From positions 1 to 64,000 of the forward strand of contig DAOWGI010000099.1 in the NCBI GenBank assembly GCA_030637655.1: a stretch of DNA of 64,000 bases, in the 5' to 3' direction. Both the position numbers and the translations under genes were made by a program. Positions 19,491 to 29,278 of this stretch are shown in pieces. Within the stretch, counting starts at the first letter, position 1. Each line of letters starts with the position of its first letter. The notes under the pieces are model-generated. The model saw only the letters and a program-made list of their open reading frames with translations. It was not told where the DNA came from and searched no databases. Origin of the DNA: a candidate division FCPU426 bacterium (GTDB taxonomy: Bacteria; Oederibacteriota; JAAXVQ01; JAUVAV01).

Positions 19491-21802
19491 AGATTCCTCC
19501 TTGATTTTATAAATACGATCTGTTCCCGGCCTTTTAACAAGACCGGTTTTCCTCCTACATAAACCCGAAGGGTGTGGCTGGCCGGCGCGTCATACAAGAG
19601 CGACATCCGCTTTTGGCCGGCACTGACACTCAGGGGTTTTCCTTGCCATTGAATGGTAAAACAAATATCTTTAATCGCCCCGGGTACCTGGGGATTAAAT
19701 GAAAGTTTGTCAAAATAGACCCGCATACCGGCAAATCCATTCACAGCCACCTGCCAGGTAGCGCCTAAAGAAGCTCCGTGAATCCCGCGTGCCGTATTGT
19801 TATACAAATTATGAATATCCGTAAACAAGCACGCTAAAAAATAATTATAAGCCTTCTTAGAATCACCAACTTCCGCTCCTATAATAGCGTAAGTGGAAGG
19901 ACTCAGCGAGGATTTATGCAGGGTCCGGGCATCATAATATTCGTAATTTGCTTTCTTGGTCTTGGCATCAAATTCATCAGAGAGCAGGTACAACAGAATC
20001 AAGGTATCCCCTTGTTTCACAAATTGCGTGTTGCACAGGGTAGTCACAGAATCATACTTTTCCGGCACACCGGGCAAATAATATTTTTTTCGCTGCGGCA
20101 GTTTGACATATTTCATTTTAAAAAATCCGTCAAACTCTTCAATCACACCATCAATCCGTTGGGGCGGATATTTGATAAATTTGGCCACCCGCTCCCATTG
20201 ACGCAAACTTTTTTTATCCAGGCTGATCTTTTTCATAACCTGACGGACACCTTTGGCATTCTTTTTTTCTAAATCATGCAGACATTTCAAAGCTGCCTGT
20301 ATGTTGTAGCGGGCCATACCATTGGTAAAAGCATTGTTGTTGGTATTGGCATGAAATTCGTCACATCCCATGACACCTTTAATCTCATAATGCTTTTTTT
20401 GTTTGTTCCAGGAGACGCGGCTTACCCAATAGTGTGCTGTTTCCAGCAACAATTCCAGACCATAGTTGAGCATAAACGCCTTATCGCCGGTAACATGATA
20501 ATAGTGCCAAGTAGCATAGCCGATATCCGCAATAATGTGTTCTTCTTCACCAATAATGGTCTTTACGATCCTACCGTTTAAATCCACGGTAAAACGCGGA
20601 GTCACTTCCACACCTTGGTCCGCTGATTCCCAGGGAAACTGAGCGCCGGCATATCCCCGGCCGGCAGCAATCTTGCGTGCCGGATCCAAGCGATGGTAGC
20701 GGTATCTGAGCAAGGCTCTGGCTGCTGCCGGATCCGTATAGATATAAAACGGCAGCATAAATAATTCCGTATCCCAAAAAATATGTCCCTTGTAATCTTC
20801 CGCGCTTAAAGCGCGAGCGCCAATGCTGGCTTGTCCGTCAGCCGGATTGGAAAGAATTGCCAAATGATAAATATTAAAACGCAAAGCACGCTGCACTTCA
20901 CCGCCGCACCCGAGCAGCACATCCGATTTTTCCCAGGTGGAAAGCCAGGCATTGCGATGCATTTCAAAATTTTCACGAAACCCTTTACGCACTGCTTGTT
21001 TTAATAATGTCAGGGTTGCATTTTTAATATTACGTTCGGTTATCCCTGTATCCCGGGTTGAGTTGATGGCAATTAATTTGGTAAAGCAAAGTGTCTGCTT
21101 TTTGTTCGCCTTAATCGCAAACTTTTCTTTGGTCTCTATTCTCTCGCGTTTTCCGAGCTTGATTTTTAAATTGGTGGCAAACGCCAGCAGATACTTATGC
21201 TCAAAGGTCATATCCGAGAGATAATTGCACTGACCACTACTGCTCTTTTCTTTGGTCACATAATGCATTTTATTCCCTTCAGTCATAATACCCTTGTTGG
21301 TGACCTGATCATCCACCAAGGTCTCGATCTCGAAATTGGCCGGCCCGTCCAAGGGCGTTAAACAAACCCGCAGGGCGGCCAAATGTTTTTCGGCAATATT
21401 AAAAAAACGAACCGACTCCAGGCAATAACGCTTTTTATCTTTGGCTTGGTATACTGTCTTTCTGACCAGCAGGCCTTGTCGCAGGTCCAAGGCACGATAA
21501 TGGGAGAGCACTTGCATGGAAGCAACACTCAACTCCTCCTGATTTATCTTTACCTGAAATACAATCGGATTGGGAGCATTAACCAGTTCGGTCACCTGGG
21601 TGTTTTTACCATCGTAGAGTCCGGCAAAATAGGTGCCGGGCGCGCAACCCTTTGGCACTTCCTCCAATATCCCCCGGCTCCCTAAATATCCATTACCCAA
21701 GGTAAATACGGATTCATTCAAGGTTTGCTTGGCAGGATTCCAGCCTTTTTCCTCCACCAACCATTCTGTTGAACTCACACTTGGAATCATCGTACTACTC
21801 AT
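19472..21802 (-). CDS. GH65 disaccharide phosphorylase (kojibiose/trehalose/maltose phosphorylase family)
   Basis: ESVFTLGNGYLGSRG, YKGHIFWDTE, GAQFPWESA, GCDEFH catalytic motif, VKQGD, HKSSLS. Confidence 0.92.
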   Translation of the reverse strand: MSSTMIPSVSSTEWLVEEKGWNPAKQTLNESVFTLGNGYLGSRGILEEVPKGCAPGTYFAGLYDGKNTQVTELVNAPNPIVFQVKINQEELSVASMQVLSHYRALDLRQGLLVRKTVYQAKDKKRYCLESVRFFNIAEKHLAALRVCLTPLDGPANFEIETLVDDQVTNKGIMTEGNKMHYVTKEKSSSGQCNYLSDMTFEHKYLLAFATNLKIKLGKRERIETKEKFAIKANKKQTLCFTKLIAINSTRDTGITERNIKNATLTLLKQAVRKGFRENFEMHRNAWLSTWEKSDVLLGCGGEVQRALRFNIYHLAILSNPADGQASIGARALSAEDYKGHIFWDTELFMLPFYIYTDPAAARALLRYRYHRLDPARKIAAGRGYAGAQFPWESADQGVEVTPRFTVDLNGRIVKTIIGEEEHIIADIGYATWHYYHVTGDKAFMLNYGLELLLETAHYWVSRVSWNKQKKHYEIKGVMGCDEFHANTNNNAFTNGMARYNIQAALKCLHDLEKKNAKGVRQVMKKISLDKKSLRQWERVAKFIKYPPQRIDGVIEEFDGFFKMKYVKLPQRKKYYLPGVPEKYDSVTTLCNTQFVKQGDTLILLYLLSDEFDAKTKKANYEYYDARTLHKSSLSPSTYAIIGAEVGDSKKAYNYFLACLFTDIHNLYNNTARGIHGASLGATWQVAVNGFAGMRVYFDKLSFNPQVPGAIKDICFTIQWQGKPLSVSAGQKRMSLLYDAPASHTLRVYVGGKPVLLKGREQIVFIKSRRNLWEVGQ

Positions 21803-21844
21803 TGCTAAACCCCCTTCAATTACAGCGTCCGAATAATAAAAATA

Positions 21845-23233
21845 TTAAAATGCAGCGCTTCCGTGCGTTCTGGGAAATGGTATCACATCCCGAATATTTT
21901 GCATCCCAGTAACAAATTGCACCAGCCGCTCAAATCCCAGACCAAACCCGGCATGCGGAACTGAACCATAGCGGCGCAAATCCAGGTACCAATGGTAGTC
22001 TGCCGGATTCAAATTCAAGCTTTTTATCCTGTTCAACAATTGCTCATAATCATTTTCGCGCTCACTACCGCCAATAATCTCACCCAAACGCGGTACCAGC
22101 ACATCCAAAGCACGCACAGTTTTATCATCCGCATTCATTTTCATATAAAAGGCCTTGCTGGTCTTGGGATAATCTGTAATCATCACCGGTTTTTTATACA
22201 CCTGCTCAGTCAAATACTTCTCATGTTCAGACTGCAAGTCTTTTCCCCAAGCAACTGGGAATTCAAATTCTATTTTCGCTGCTGCTAATTTTTTAACGGC
22301 CTCGGTATAGGTGATGCGCTCAAATTTTTCTTGGCTAATATGCTCCAGCGTCCGGATAACTGTTTTATCCACCCAATGGTTGAAAAATGCCATATCTTCC
22401 TGACAGTGTTCCAACACATAGGCGAAAATATACTTCAAAAATGCTTCTGCCACATCCATATTCTGCGCAATATCGCAGAAAGCCATTTCCGGTTCCACCA
22501 TCCAGAATTCCGCTAAATGACGGGCTGTATTGGAATGCTCTGCCCGGAAGGTCGGCCCAAAGGTATAAATATCTCCCAGGGCCAAGGCACAGATTTCTCC
22601 CTCCAATTGGCCGCTCACTGTCAATCCGGTTCTTTTTCCGAAAAAGTCCCGGGTATAATCCACCTTGCCCGCATTAAGAGGCACTTTATCCATGGGCAAG
22701 GTCGTGACCTGAAACATCTCCCCTGAGCCCTCGCAATCACTACTGGTTATAATTGGAGTGTGGATGTATACAAATCCACGTTCCTGAAAAAAATGATGGA
22801 TAGCCATGCTCAAAGCATTGCGCACGCGTAAAACCGCGCTGATGGTATTCGTCCGCGGACGCAGATGCGCTATGTCGCGCAAAAACTCGAAGGAATGTCT
22901 TTTTTTCTGTAACGGATAGGTCTCAGGATCTGCCAAGCCATAAATGGCAATTAGTGTCGCTTGAAGCTCTACCGACTGACCGCCGCCTTGCGAAGACACC
23001 AAACGCCCTTCCACTTTTACACTGGTCCCGGTAGTTAGTTTGACGGTGAGATTGGCGTATTCCGGAATATTTTGGTCAAAGATGACCTGCAAATTACTTA
23101 GACAGGAGCCATCGTTGATTTCTAAAAAGGAAAAAGTCTTACTTTCGCGTTTGGTTCGCACCCAACCCTTAACTACAATGTCTTGCTGATCTGCTTTCAT
23201 TCCTAAGAGCGCTTTAATACTTTTTTGATTCAT
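21845..23233 (-). CDS. asnS: Asparagine--tRNA ligase
   Basis: GWVRTKR, LTVSGQLEGE, FGPTFRAE, HLAEFWMVEPE, GEIIGGSERE, PHAGFGLGFER. Confidence 0.97.
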   Translation of the reverse strand: MNQKSIKALLGMKADQQDIVVKGWVRTKRESKTFSFLEINDGSCLSNLQVIFDQNIPEYANLTVKLTTGTSVKVEGRLVSSQGGGQSVELQATLIAIYGLADPETYPLQKKRHSFEFLRDIAHLRPRTNTISAVLRVRNALSMAIHHFFQERGFVYIHTPIITSSDCEGSGEMFQVTTLPMDKVPLNAGKVDYTRDFFGKRTGLTVSGQLEGEICALALGDIYTFGPTFRAEHSNTARHLAEFWMVEPEMAFCDIAQNMDVAEAFLKYIFAYVLEHCQEDMAFFNHWVDKTVIRTLEHISQEKFERITYTEAVKKLAAAKIEFEFPVAWGKDLQSEHEKYLTEQVYKKPVMITDYPKTSKAFYMKMNADDKTVRALDVLVPRLGEIIGGSERENDYEQLLNRIKSLNLNPADYHWYLDLRRYGSVPHAGFGLGFERLVQFVTGMQNIRDVIPFPRTHGSAAF

Positions 23234-23317
23234 AAATTATCGCTTTCCCGGCATTCTTCACAGCGCAACATTTTACCATTTTTTCGCGCCGACGAAAAGA
23301 AAAGAGAAGGCATAAAA

Positions 23318-23481
23318 GTAACAGGTCAGTCATGCCTTTTTTGTTTGTCATCCGTGAAGGCAGCCCCCACTCTGTCATCCCCGAATGCTTGTATCGGGGA
23401 TATGGTTTAAAAAACCAGATTCCCGCTAAAACCATGCGGGAATGACAACCTTTGTTTAACTGCAGTTCACTGACCTGTTAC
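23318..23481. mobile_element. GTAAC-ended MITE carrying GTCATCCC/GGGAATGAC palindromes
   Basis: gtaacaggtcagtca...ttcactgacctgttac; flanks GCATAAAA/GCCTAAAA (7/8 duplication). Confidence 0.8.
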
Positions 23482-23614
23482 GCCTAAAAACTCCGGATTT
23501 TGATTCAGCACTTAAAATATTTCCTTTTGTCTCAACTCCTTTCCTCCGATCCTAATGTATAGTGACAGCAGCAATTTATATAACAGGAGTACTAAGGCAC
23601 ATAGGAGTTCGAGC

Positions 23615-26152
23615 ATGCCAGACCCCATGCACTTAAACGACAATTGGCAAGTTCGCTGGGCGGATATCTCCTGGGGCCCTGAAAAAGCCGCGGAGATTTT
23701 ACACTTGCAAGACAATTGGCTGCCCTGCTCATTACCGTGTGATGTACACACTCCGTTGATCACCGCGAATATTATTCCCGAACCCTTGGAAGCAGACCAT
23801 TCTTTTGCCTCCAACTGGATCGAAGAAAAATCCTGGTGGTTCAAAACCACGTTCACTCTAACTCAAAAACACCTTTCTTTCCAACGCCTGGAACTTTTCC
23901 TGGAATCTCTTGATGCTGAAGCGGATGTTTTTCTGAATGATGTACATATCGGGCATCACCGCAGCGCTTTTTATCCTTTTACTTCAGATATCAAAGCTCA
24001 GGCCAAAACCGGAATAAATACACTTTTAATACGACTGACCACCGGAGTAGAACGTTTTGGCGAGGATACACCAGAGGGGATCAAAGCCTTTACCTGCATT
24101 GAGGAAAACTCACCGCAAGGCCGCCGCGGAGACCGGCGCCGTATCTTTGTGCGCAAACCGCAGTATGTATTCGGCTGGGATTGGGCTCCACGCGTCCCCT
24201 CGTGCGGCATCATGGGCAAAGCGGAACTTAAATTTCACAATATTTTTATTTTCCACTCTGTTCAGGCGCGCACGCATAGTATCGACCCCTCGGCTGCGCT
24301 AACTTTCAGTTGTGAAATCGAGAATTTAGAGACCTACGCCACCCGCGAAGCCGCCATCCTTATCCAGGTATACGAAAATGACCACTGTGTTTTACGCCTT
24401 GAAAAAATGGCCTGCCTGCGCTCCGGGTTAAACAGCATTGACTTGGAAGGCACTCTGTCGTGCCCTAAATTGTGGTGGCCGCAAGGTATGGGCGAACAAT
24501 TCTTATACCATATCAAGGCTTATGTACAGTGCGACATACCCTTTTTTCCTACCGAACCAATTGCCTATCCTGGCTTTGCCTACGGGATCCGGACCCTCCA
24601 GCTGGATTTGTCTCAAGTTAATCTCAATGAACGTCTCTTTACTTTTGTTATCAACGGGCAGCGCATTTTCTGCAAAGGTGCCAACTGGATACCGGCAGAC
24701 TCAATCTATGCCCGCGTTACTTCTCAGACCTACGAAACACTGGTTAAGGAAGCTGCAACCGCCAATTTTAACATGCTGCGTGTTTGGGGTGGCGGACGCT
24801 ATGAGCCGGACCTTTTCTATCACCTTTGTGATCAAAACGGAATCCTGCTTTGGCAGGATTTCATGTTCAGCTGCGCTTTGTATCCCGACCATGAACCCTG
24901 GTTTGTCGAAGAAGTCAAACGGGAATTGGATTATCAAACCAAACGCTTACGAAATCATCCGAGCCTGGCACTGTGGTGCGGCAACAACAAAAACCACTGG
25001 CTCTTTTCTCAACGCCTGAAAGATAAAGGTCAACCCTTTGGCGGAGCATTCATATACAACATTTTAGCTCCGGAAACAATTCGAAAAAGCAATCCGGATA
25101 TCCCTTATTGGAACAGTTCGCCTTTTGGTGGTGATACTCCCAATGCCCTCGAGATTGGAGACCAACACTATTGGCATGATGGCATGCTGCACAAAGAAAT
25201 GGAAAAACGCATCACTCCGGAAATATATGATACGATCACGGCCAAATTCATTTCTGAGTGTGGATACATTGGACCGGCCCGGAAAGAATCGATCCAAAAA
25301 TATTTCGGACAACACAGTATCACGTTACAGGACCCCATCTGGAATCTGCATAACAACACCTTTGAAAAAAAAACGGTTTTAGCCGGCATCCATAAACACT
25401 ACGCAGATACCCGGCATTTGTCCTTGGACGAATACTTGTTATACGCCGGTTTGTGCCAGGGATTGATGCTGGGATATTCCTTGGAAGCCCTACGTTTCAA
25501 GGAGCCCTGTTCAGGTGTGCTTTTTTGGATGTACAATGACACTTGGGGCGAAAACGGCTGGTCGATAATGGATTACTATCACGCGCGCAAAATTGCTTAC
25601 TATTTTGTTAAACGCGCGTTCGAACCCATTAAATTCATCCTGCGAACGGTAAACGGTATTATTCGAGTAACCGGATTTAACGAAACACCAAACAATCAAC
25701 AAATCACTCTGGAATACGGTTCCCTGGCTTTCTCGGGAAAAAATCGCCGGACCGAAACCAAATCCATTGTAATCAAACCGCATGGACACCGGATTGTGTT
25801 GGAATTCCCCTTATCCGGAATTGATCCAAGCCGGCATTTTTATTTTGTCCTGCCGAACAATAATTTTTCCCCCGCGCTTTTACGACAAAACGTCTTTCGT
25901 ACCCAAGCTCACACCCCGCCAAACTTGACCATCGACAATGTGGAAATTAAAAACGCACATGCTGTTTTTACCATAACCACCGATGTTTTCGCCCATGCAG
26001 TTCACTTTAATCTCAATCCGGAAATTGTATTATCCGACGAATATTTTGATCTCTTGCCCGGCCAGATGAAAATCATCACTTTATCCAATGTCCCATCCAT
26101 GTTTTCTTCAAAACAAATTATGCCTAAATCAGTCTTTTTAACCAAAAAATAA
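23615..26152 (+). CDS. GH2 beta-mannosidase-like protein (acid/base Glu reads Lys)
   Basis: RKPQYVFGWDWAP, KGANWIP, NMLRVWGGG, WQDFMFSC, LWCGNNK, FISECG, WMYNDTW; start moved to ATG 23615 (RBS AGGAG). Confidence 0.9.
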   Translation: MPDPMHLNDNWQVRWADISWGPEKAAEILHLQDNWLPCSLPCDVHTPLITANIIPEPLEADHSFASNWIEEKSWWFKTTFTLTQKHLSFQRLELFLESLDAEADVFLNDVHIGHHRSAFYPFTSDIKAQAKTGINTLLIRLTTGVERFGEDTPEGIKAFTCIEENSPQGRRGDRRRIFVRKPQYVFGWDWAPRVPSCGIMGKAELKFHNIFIFHSVQARTHSIDPSAALTFSCEIENLETYATREAAILIQVYENDHCVLRLEKMACLRSGLNSIDLEGTLSCPKLWWPQGMGEQFLYHIKAYVQCDIPFFPTEPIAYPGFAYGIRTLQLDLSQVNLNERLFTFVINGQRIFCKGANWIPADSIYARVTSQTYETLVKEAATANFNMLRVWGGGRYEPDLFYHLCDQNGILLWQDFMFSCALYPDHEPWFVEEVKRELDYQTKRLRNHPSLALWCGNNKNHWLFSQRLKDKGQPFGGAFIYNILAPETIRKSNPDIPYWNSSPFGGDTPNALEIGDQHYWHDGMLHKEMEKRITPEIYDTITAKFISECGYIGPARKESIQKYFGQHSITLQDPIWNLHNNTFEKKTVLAGIHKHYADTRHLSLDEYLLYAGLCQGLMLGYSLEALRFKEPCSGVLFWMYNDTWGENGWSIMDYYHARKIAYYFVKRAFEPIKFILRTVNGIIRVTGFNETPNNQQITLEYGSLAFSGKNRRTETKSIVIKPHGHRIVLEFPLSGIDPSRHFYFVLPNNNFSPALLRQNVFRTQAHTPPNLTIDNVEIKNAHAVFTITTDVFAHAVHFNLNPEIVLSDEYFDLLPGQMKIITLSNVPSMFSSKQIMPKSVFLTKK

Positions 26153-26154
26153 TT

Positions 26155-26193
26155 GTAACATATCAGTGAAGCGAGAAAGACATATGGTCTGCT
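26155..26193 (+). mobile_element. Solo left end of the GTAAC MITE
   Basis: 39 nt identical to 6870-6908; no matching right end. Confidence 0.8.
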
Positions 26194-26224
26194 GAAAAAA
26201 ATGAGCCGGGCTGGTTTCTACTAA

Positions 26225-27685
26225 TCAACCGACTTTTTGTTCGACGCGTCGGATATCTTCCTTACGAATCAATTGATCGGTCAGGCGTAACCACTCAATC
26301 ATTAAAATATTATATTGCATAGTCAGATAGATTTGCTGATAACGGTTTTCTTCCAGATCATTGCCCGCCAGAATAAGATCATTGAGTTCCGCGCGGCTCT
26401 GCATATAATATTTGGTTTCAGACTTCAATACCGCCTCAGACAAGGATACTTTTTGTTTAGCTATTGCCAGCTGTTTTTGCGTGCTAAGAATATCTGTATA
26501 TAATGTTTCCAAATCCGTGCGAAGTTGCTTATGGGTATTCATATTCGCAAGCTTCGTCTTTTTATGCTTCGTCTTGGCCAACGCGTAGCGCCACTGTTTT
26601 GTATCATTCAAAAACGGTATTTCCACCGCCAGACCCGCATACATCGCATTTTTACGGCCGGCAAAAGCCTCATCAGACCCTTCGGCTGTGTAACCAAGCA
26701 ATATCTCAATAGACGGCAACAGTTGATCCGCGTACTGCGCGACCTCAACCCCGTTTTTCCGCTCCAGTAGTTTTAGTATATGCTGTGTCCGGCTGTTTTG
26801 GACAAACCCGGCATATTCGTAAGCAAATGCTTTTTTCAAGGGATGATAGGTCTCCGGTTCCATAGGTTGCAAAGCATCCGGTGTTGTGACTCCAATAGCC
26901 TGCCGAATCACCAAGGTCAAATCCAAGAGAGTTTTTTTCAAGCTAATCAACGTAGACTCTTTGCTCAACACTTGCACATGAATCTTATTCACATCGCTTT
27001 GATCCGCAATACGGTTTCTTTTTCGGGCTCGCACATTTTCCAGTAATTTCCGGTTTTCCCGAAAGGTTGTTTCACTGGTCGTCACGCGCATTTGGGCTGC
27101 GTACCAGGAATAATATGTTTTCATACTTTGTGCCAAATAATCCTGATACGCTTCAACCATCTGGTGTTGAGCTAGCTCGATCTCCAGACCGGAAATTTTC
27201 TCTGCCAGGCGATTGGCATGACCAAAAGCATTTTCCGCAATGGGCTGAGCGACCATGGCAGTGAATCGAGAATACGGCTCATTGAGCACATTGCCGGTTG
27301 CAAGACCGTATGTCACACCCAGCTCTGTCCCAGTACCGGGAAACAACTTACTCAGACCAAGACTGCCTTCCGGACCGCTTTCTTCATCCTCGTGCCAGGA
27401 CAGGTTGTACTGCCCCTTGACGGCTATGAGCAGATCAGCGGCTGTTAATCCCAATTTCGCTTGATACTGGTAAATCAACTCATCCAACAAAATGATCTCG
27501 AAATTAACATCTTTTTTGCAAGTCAGAGTGACAAATTCTTGTAAAGCCAGAGGTTGCGGCGCGTCTTGCGCAGTAACCATTGAAGACAGCAAGCAACTAT
27601 ATATTATCACAAACAAGATTTTCTTTCGCATATTGTCCATCCTTACCCAACGTTTAAAATAATGAATAATCCTGCGGTCCAACAA
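26225..27685 (-). CDS. TolC-family outer membrane efflux protein
   Basis: Signal peptide (MRKKILFVIIYSCLLSSMVTAQ) and two OEP-like helical repeats; true start probably 27640 or 27631. Confidence 0.75.
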   Translation of the reverse strand: MLDRRIIHYFKRWVRMDNMRKKILFVIIYSCLLSSMVTAQDAPQPLALQEFVTLTCKKDVNFEIILLDELIYQYQAKLGLTAADLLIAVKGQYNLSWHEDEESGPEGSLGLSKLFPGTGTELGVTYGLATGNVLNEPYSRFTAMVAQPIAENAFGHANRLAEKISGLEIELAQHQMVEAYQDYLAQSMKTYYSWYAAQMRVTTSETTFRENRKLLENVRARKRNRIADQSDVNKIHVQVLSKESTLISLKKTLLDLTLVIRQAIGVTTPDALQPMEPETYHPLKKAFAYEYAGFVQNSRTQHILKLLERKNGVEVAQYADQLLPSIEILLGYTAEGSDEAFAGRKNAMYAGLAVEIPFLNDTKQWRYALAKTKHKKTKLANMNTHKQLRTDLETLYTDILSTQKQLAIAKQKVSLSEAVLKSETKYYMQSRAELNDLILAGNDLEENRYQQIYLTMQYNILMIEWLRLTDQLIRKEDIRRVEQKVG

Positions 27686-27748
27686 ACTATAACTGTTTTT
27701 ATTTTAACCGAAGTTGCGCTCCCAGGCAACGAACATCTTAGTAATATC

Positions 27749-27929
27749 GTAACAGGTCGGTGAACTAAGGGGAATGAAAATTAACCGCCGATGAACGCCG
27801 ATAAATACAGATTAAAAAAAAAAATTATCTCTTAAATTCTAAATATCCGCGTCTATCTGCGTTCATCGGCGGCTAATTTTGGTTCCGGTTTATCCTGATT
27901 AGGTTTTTTTCGCTTCACTGACATGTTAC
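27749..27929. mobile_element. GTAAC-ended MITE carrying a different palindrome (AACCGCCGATGAACGC type)
   Basis: gtaacaggtcggtgaa...ttcactgacatgttac; flanks GTAATATC/ATAATATC (7/8 duplication). Confidence 0.8.
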
Positions 27930-27942
27930 ATAATATCATACC

Positions 27943-27971
27943 TTGACGAATGTTATAAAATCACTTAAATT
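27943..27971 (+). promoter_or_regulatory. Candidate sigma70 promoter for the GH130 gene
   Basis: TTGACG-N17-TAAATT followed by AAGGAG RBS. Confidence 0.4.
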
Positions 27972-28006
27972 GTGTAGGATTTTTTATTTTACCAAGGAGA
28001 TATTCA

Positions 28007-29212
28007 ATGAGTTTTGATTTTGTGCATTCCAAACAACTCGTATTAGAACCGCAACCGGGTTCTCCCTGGGCGGATGAGATGGTCCTTAACCCGGCTATTA
28101 TTCAGGATAAGAACTCGCAACGTCTGCATATGTTATTTCGCGCGACCGGTCCCTGGCCGGAAAAACAATTGGCCGGTAAACCTCTGCCCTATCCTATTTT
28201 CCTGGGATATGCGTACAGTGATGACCAGGGTAAAACCTGGCAGCCGGACTTTTCTCAGCCGGCATTGAAACCGCAAGTGGAGTATGAAATCAATCGGATG
28301 TATATTCAGGATACCCATGGCAATAAAGTTGTCAATTATGCCAATGGCTGTGTGGAAGATCCTCGTCTCTTTTGGTTGGAAAACAAATGCTATGTCATAG
28401 TCGCCTGCCGCCTGCTTCCGCCCGGACCATACTGGATTCATGATGAACCGACTCAATGCTCACCAGAGTGGATCAAGACACCTGAAAATCCTTTTGGCAA
28501 GGCAGCCTCGGAAAATGTAACCTGCAATGTGTTATATGAGGTGGATCTGAATGCTTTAAGCCGGGGTATATATGATCAGGCCTTTCGCTATGTTACGCAA
28601 TTGACCAATCCGGAATATGGCGAGAACCGGGATGTACTTATTTTTCCTGAGAAACTAATGGTCAATGGAAAATCACAGTATGTCTGTCTCCATCGCCCGT
28701 ATACACCGCAATTGTATCCTGCCATTAAAAATCCTATTAAACCATCAATTATGATCTGTGCGGCCGGGCGTCTCGAAGACCTCTGGCACGAAGAAGCCTC
28801 TCAAACTCTACTGGCTTCCCCGCTCTTTGCCTGGGAAATCAATCGGGTGGGCGGCAGTACTCCTCCCATCAAAATTTCCGAGAAAGAATGGTTGCTCAAT
28901 TATCACGGTAAACAGGATGCTGAAGTGGGATACACACAAGCCTTTATGATCCTGGAAGAACAAACGCAGGGTTTGCCCAGCGTAAAGCACCGCTGTCCTG
29001 ATCGCATCCTCATTGCAGATCAGCCTTGGGAAATGCCGCGTAAATTCAAGACCACCTGTGTTTTTACCACCGGCATGCTTGAATTAGGTGAGAATTTTCT
29101 ACTAAGTTATGGAGCTGCGGATGAAAAGGCAGGCATTTGCCGGATAAACAAACAAGCCTTGATTCAGCATGTGAAGCAATTCGATGCCCATGGACAGTCT
29201 GTTAAGATGTAA
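28007..29212 (+). CDS. GH130-like glycoside phosphorylase/hydrolase (5-bladed beta-propeller)
   Basis: VLNPAII, MLFRA, GCVEDPRL, NRDVLIFPEK, LHRP, RVGGSTPP, LSYGAADE. Confidence 0.85.
   Translation: MSFDFVHSKQLVLEPQPGSPWADEMVLNPAIIQDKNSQRLHMLFRATGPWPEKQLAGKPLPYPIFLGYAYSDDQGKTWQPDFSQPALKPQVEYEINRMYIQDTHGNKVVNYANGCVEDPRLFWLENKCYVIVACRLLPPGPYWIHDEPTQCSPEWIKTPENPFGKAASENVTCNVLYEVDLNALSRGIYDQAFRYVTQLTNPEYGENRDVLIFPEKLMVNGKSQYVCLHRPYTPQLYPAIKNPIKPSIMICAAGRLEDLWHEEASQTLLASPLFAWEINRVGGSTPPIKISEKEWLLNYHGKQDAEVGYTQAFMILEEQTQGLPSVKHRCPDRILIADQPWEMPRKFKTTCVFTTGMLELGENFLLSYGAADEKAGICRINKQALIQHVKQFDAHGQSVKM
28976..29194 (+). repeat. 219-bp direct repeat, copy 1 (3' end of GH130 gene)
   Basis: Ungapped match to 31172-31390 with ~16 mismatches by hand count. 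Confidence 0.95.
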
Positions 29213-29278
29213 ATTGGGGGACTGAATTGGGGTCGACTTTGTCAACTTAGCAGTTTAATTTTGCCAAGGGCTTTTCAT

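Noticed and set aside
26147-27937. Composite transposon around tolC
   Set aside because: Outer flanks AAATAATT and ATAATATC do not match, and the 27749 element has its own duplication
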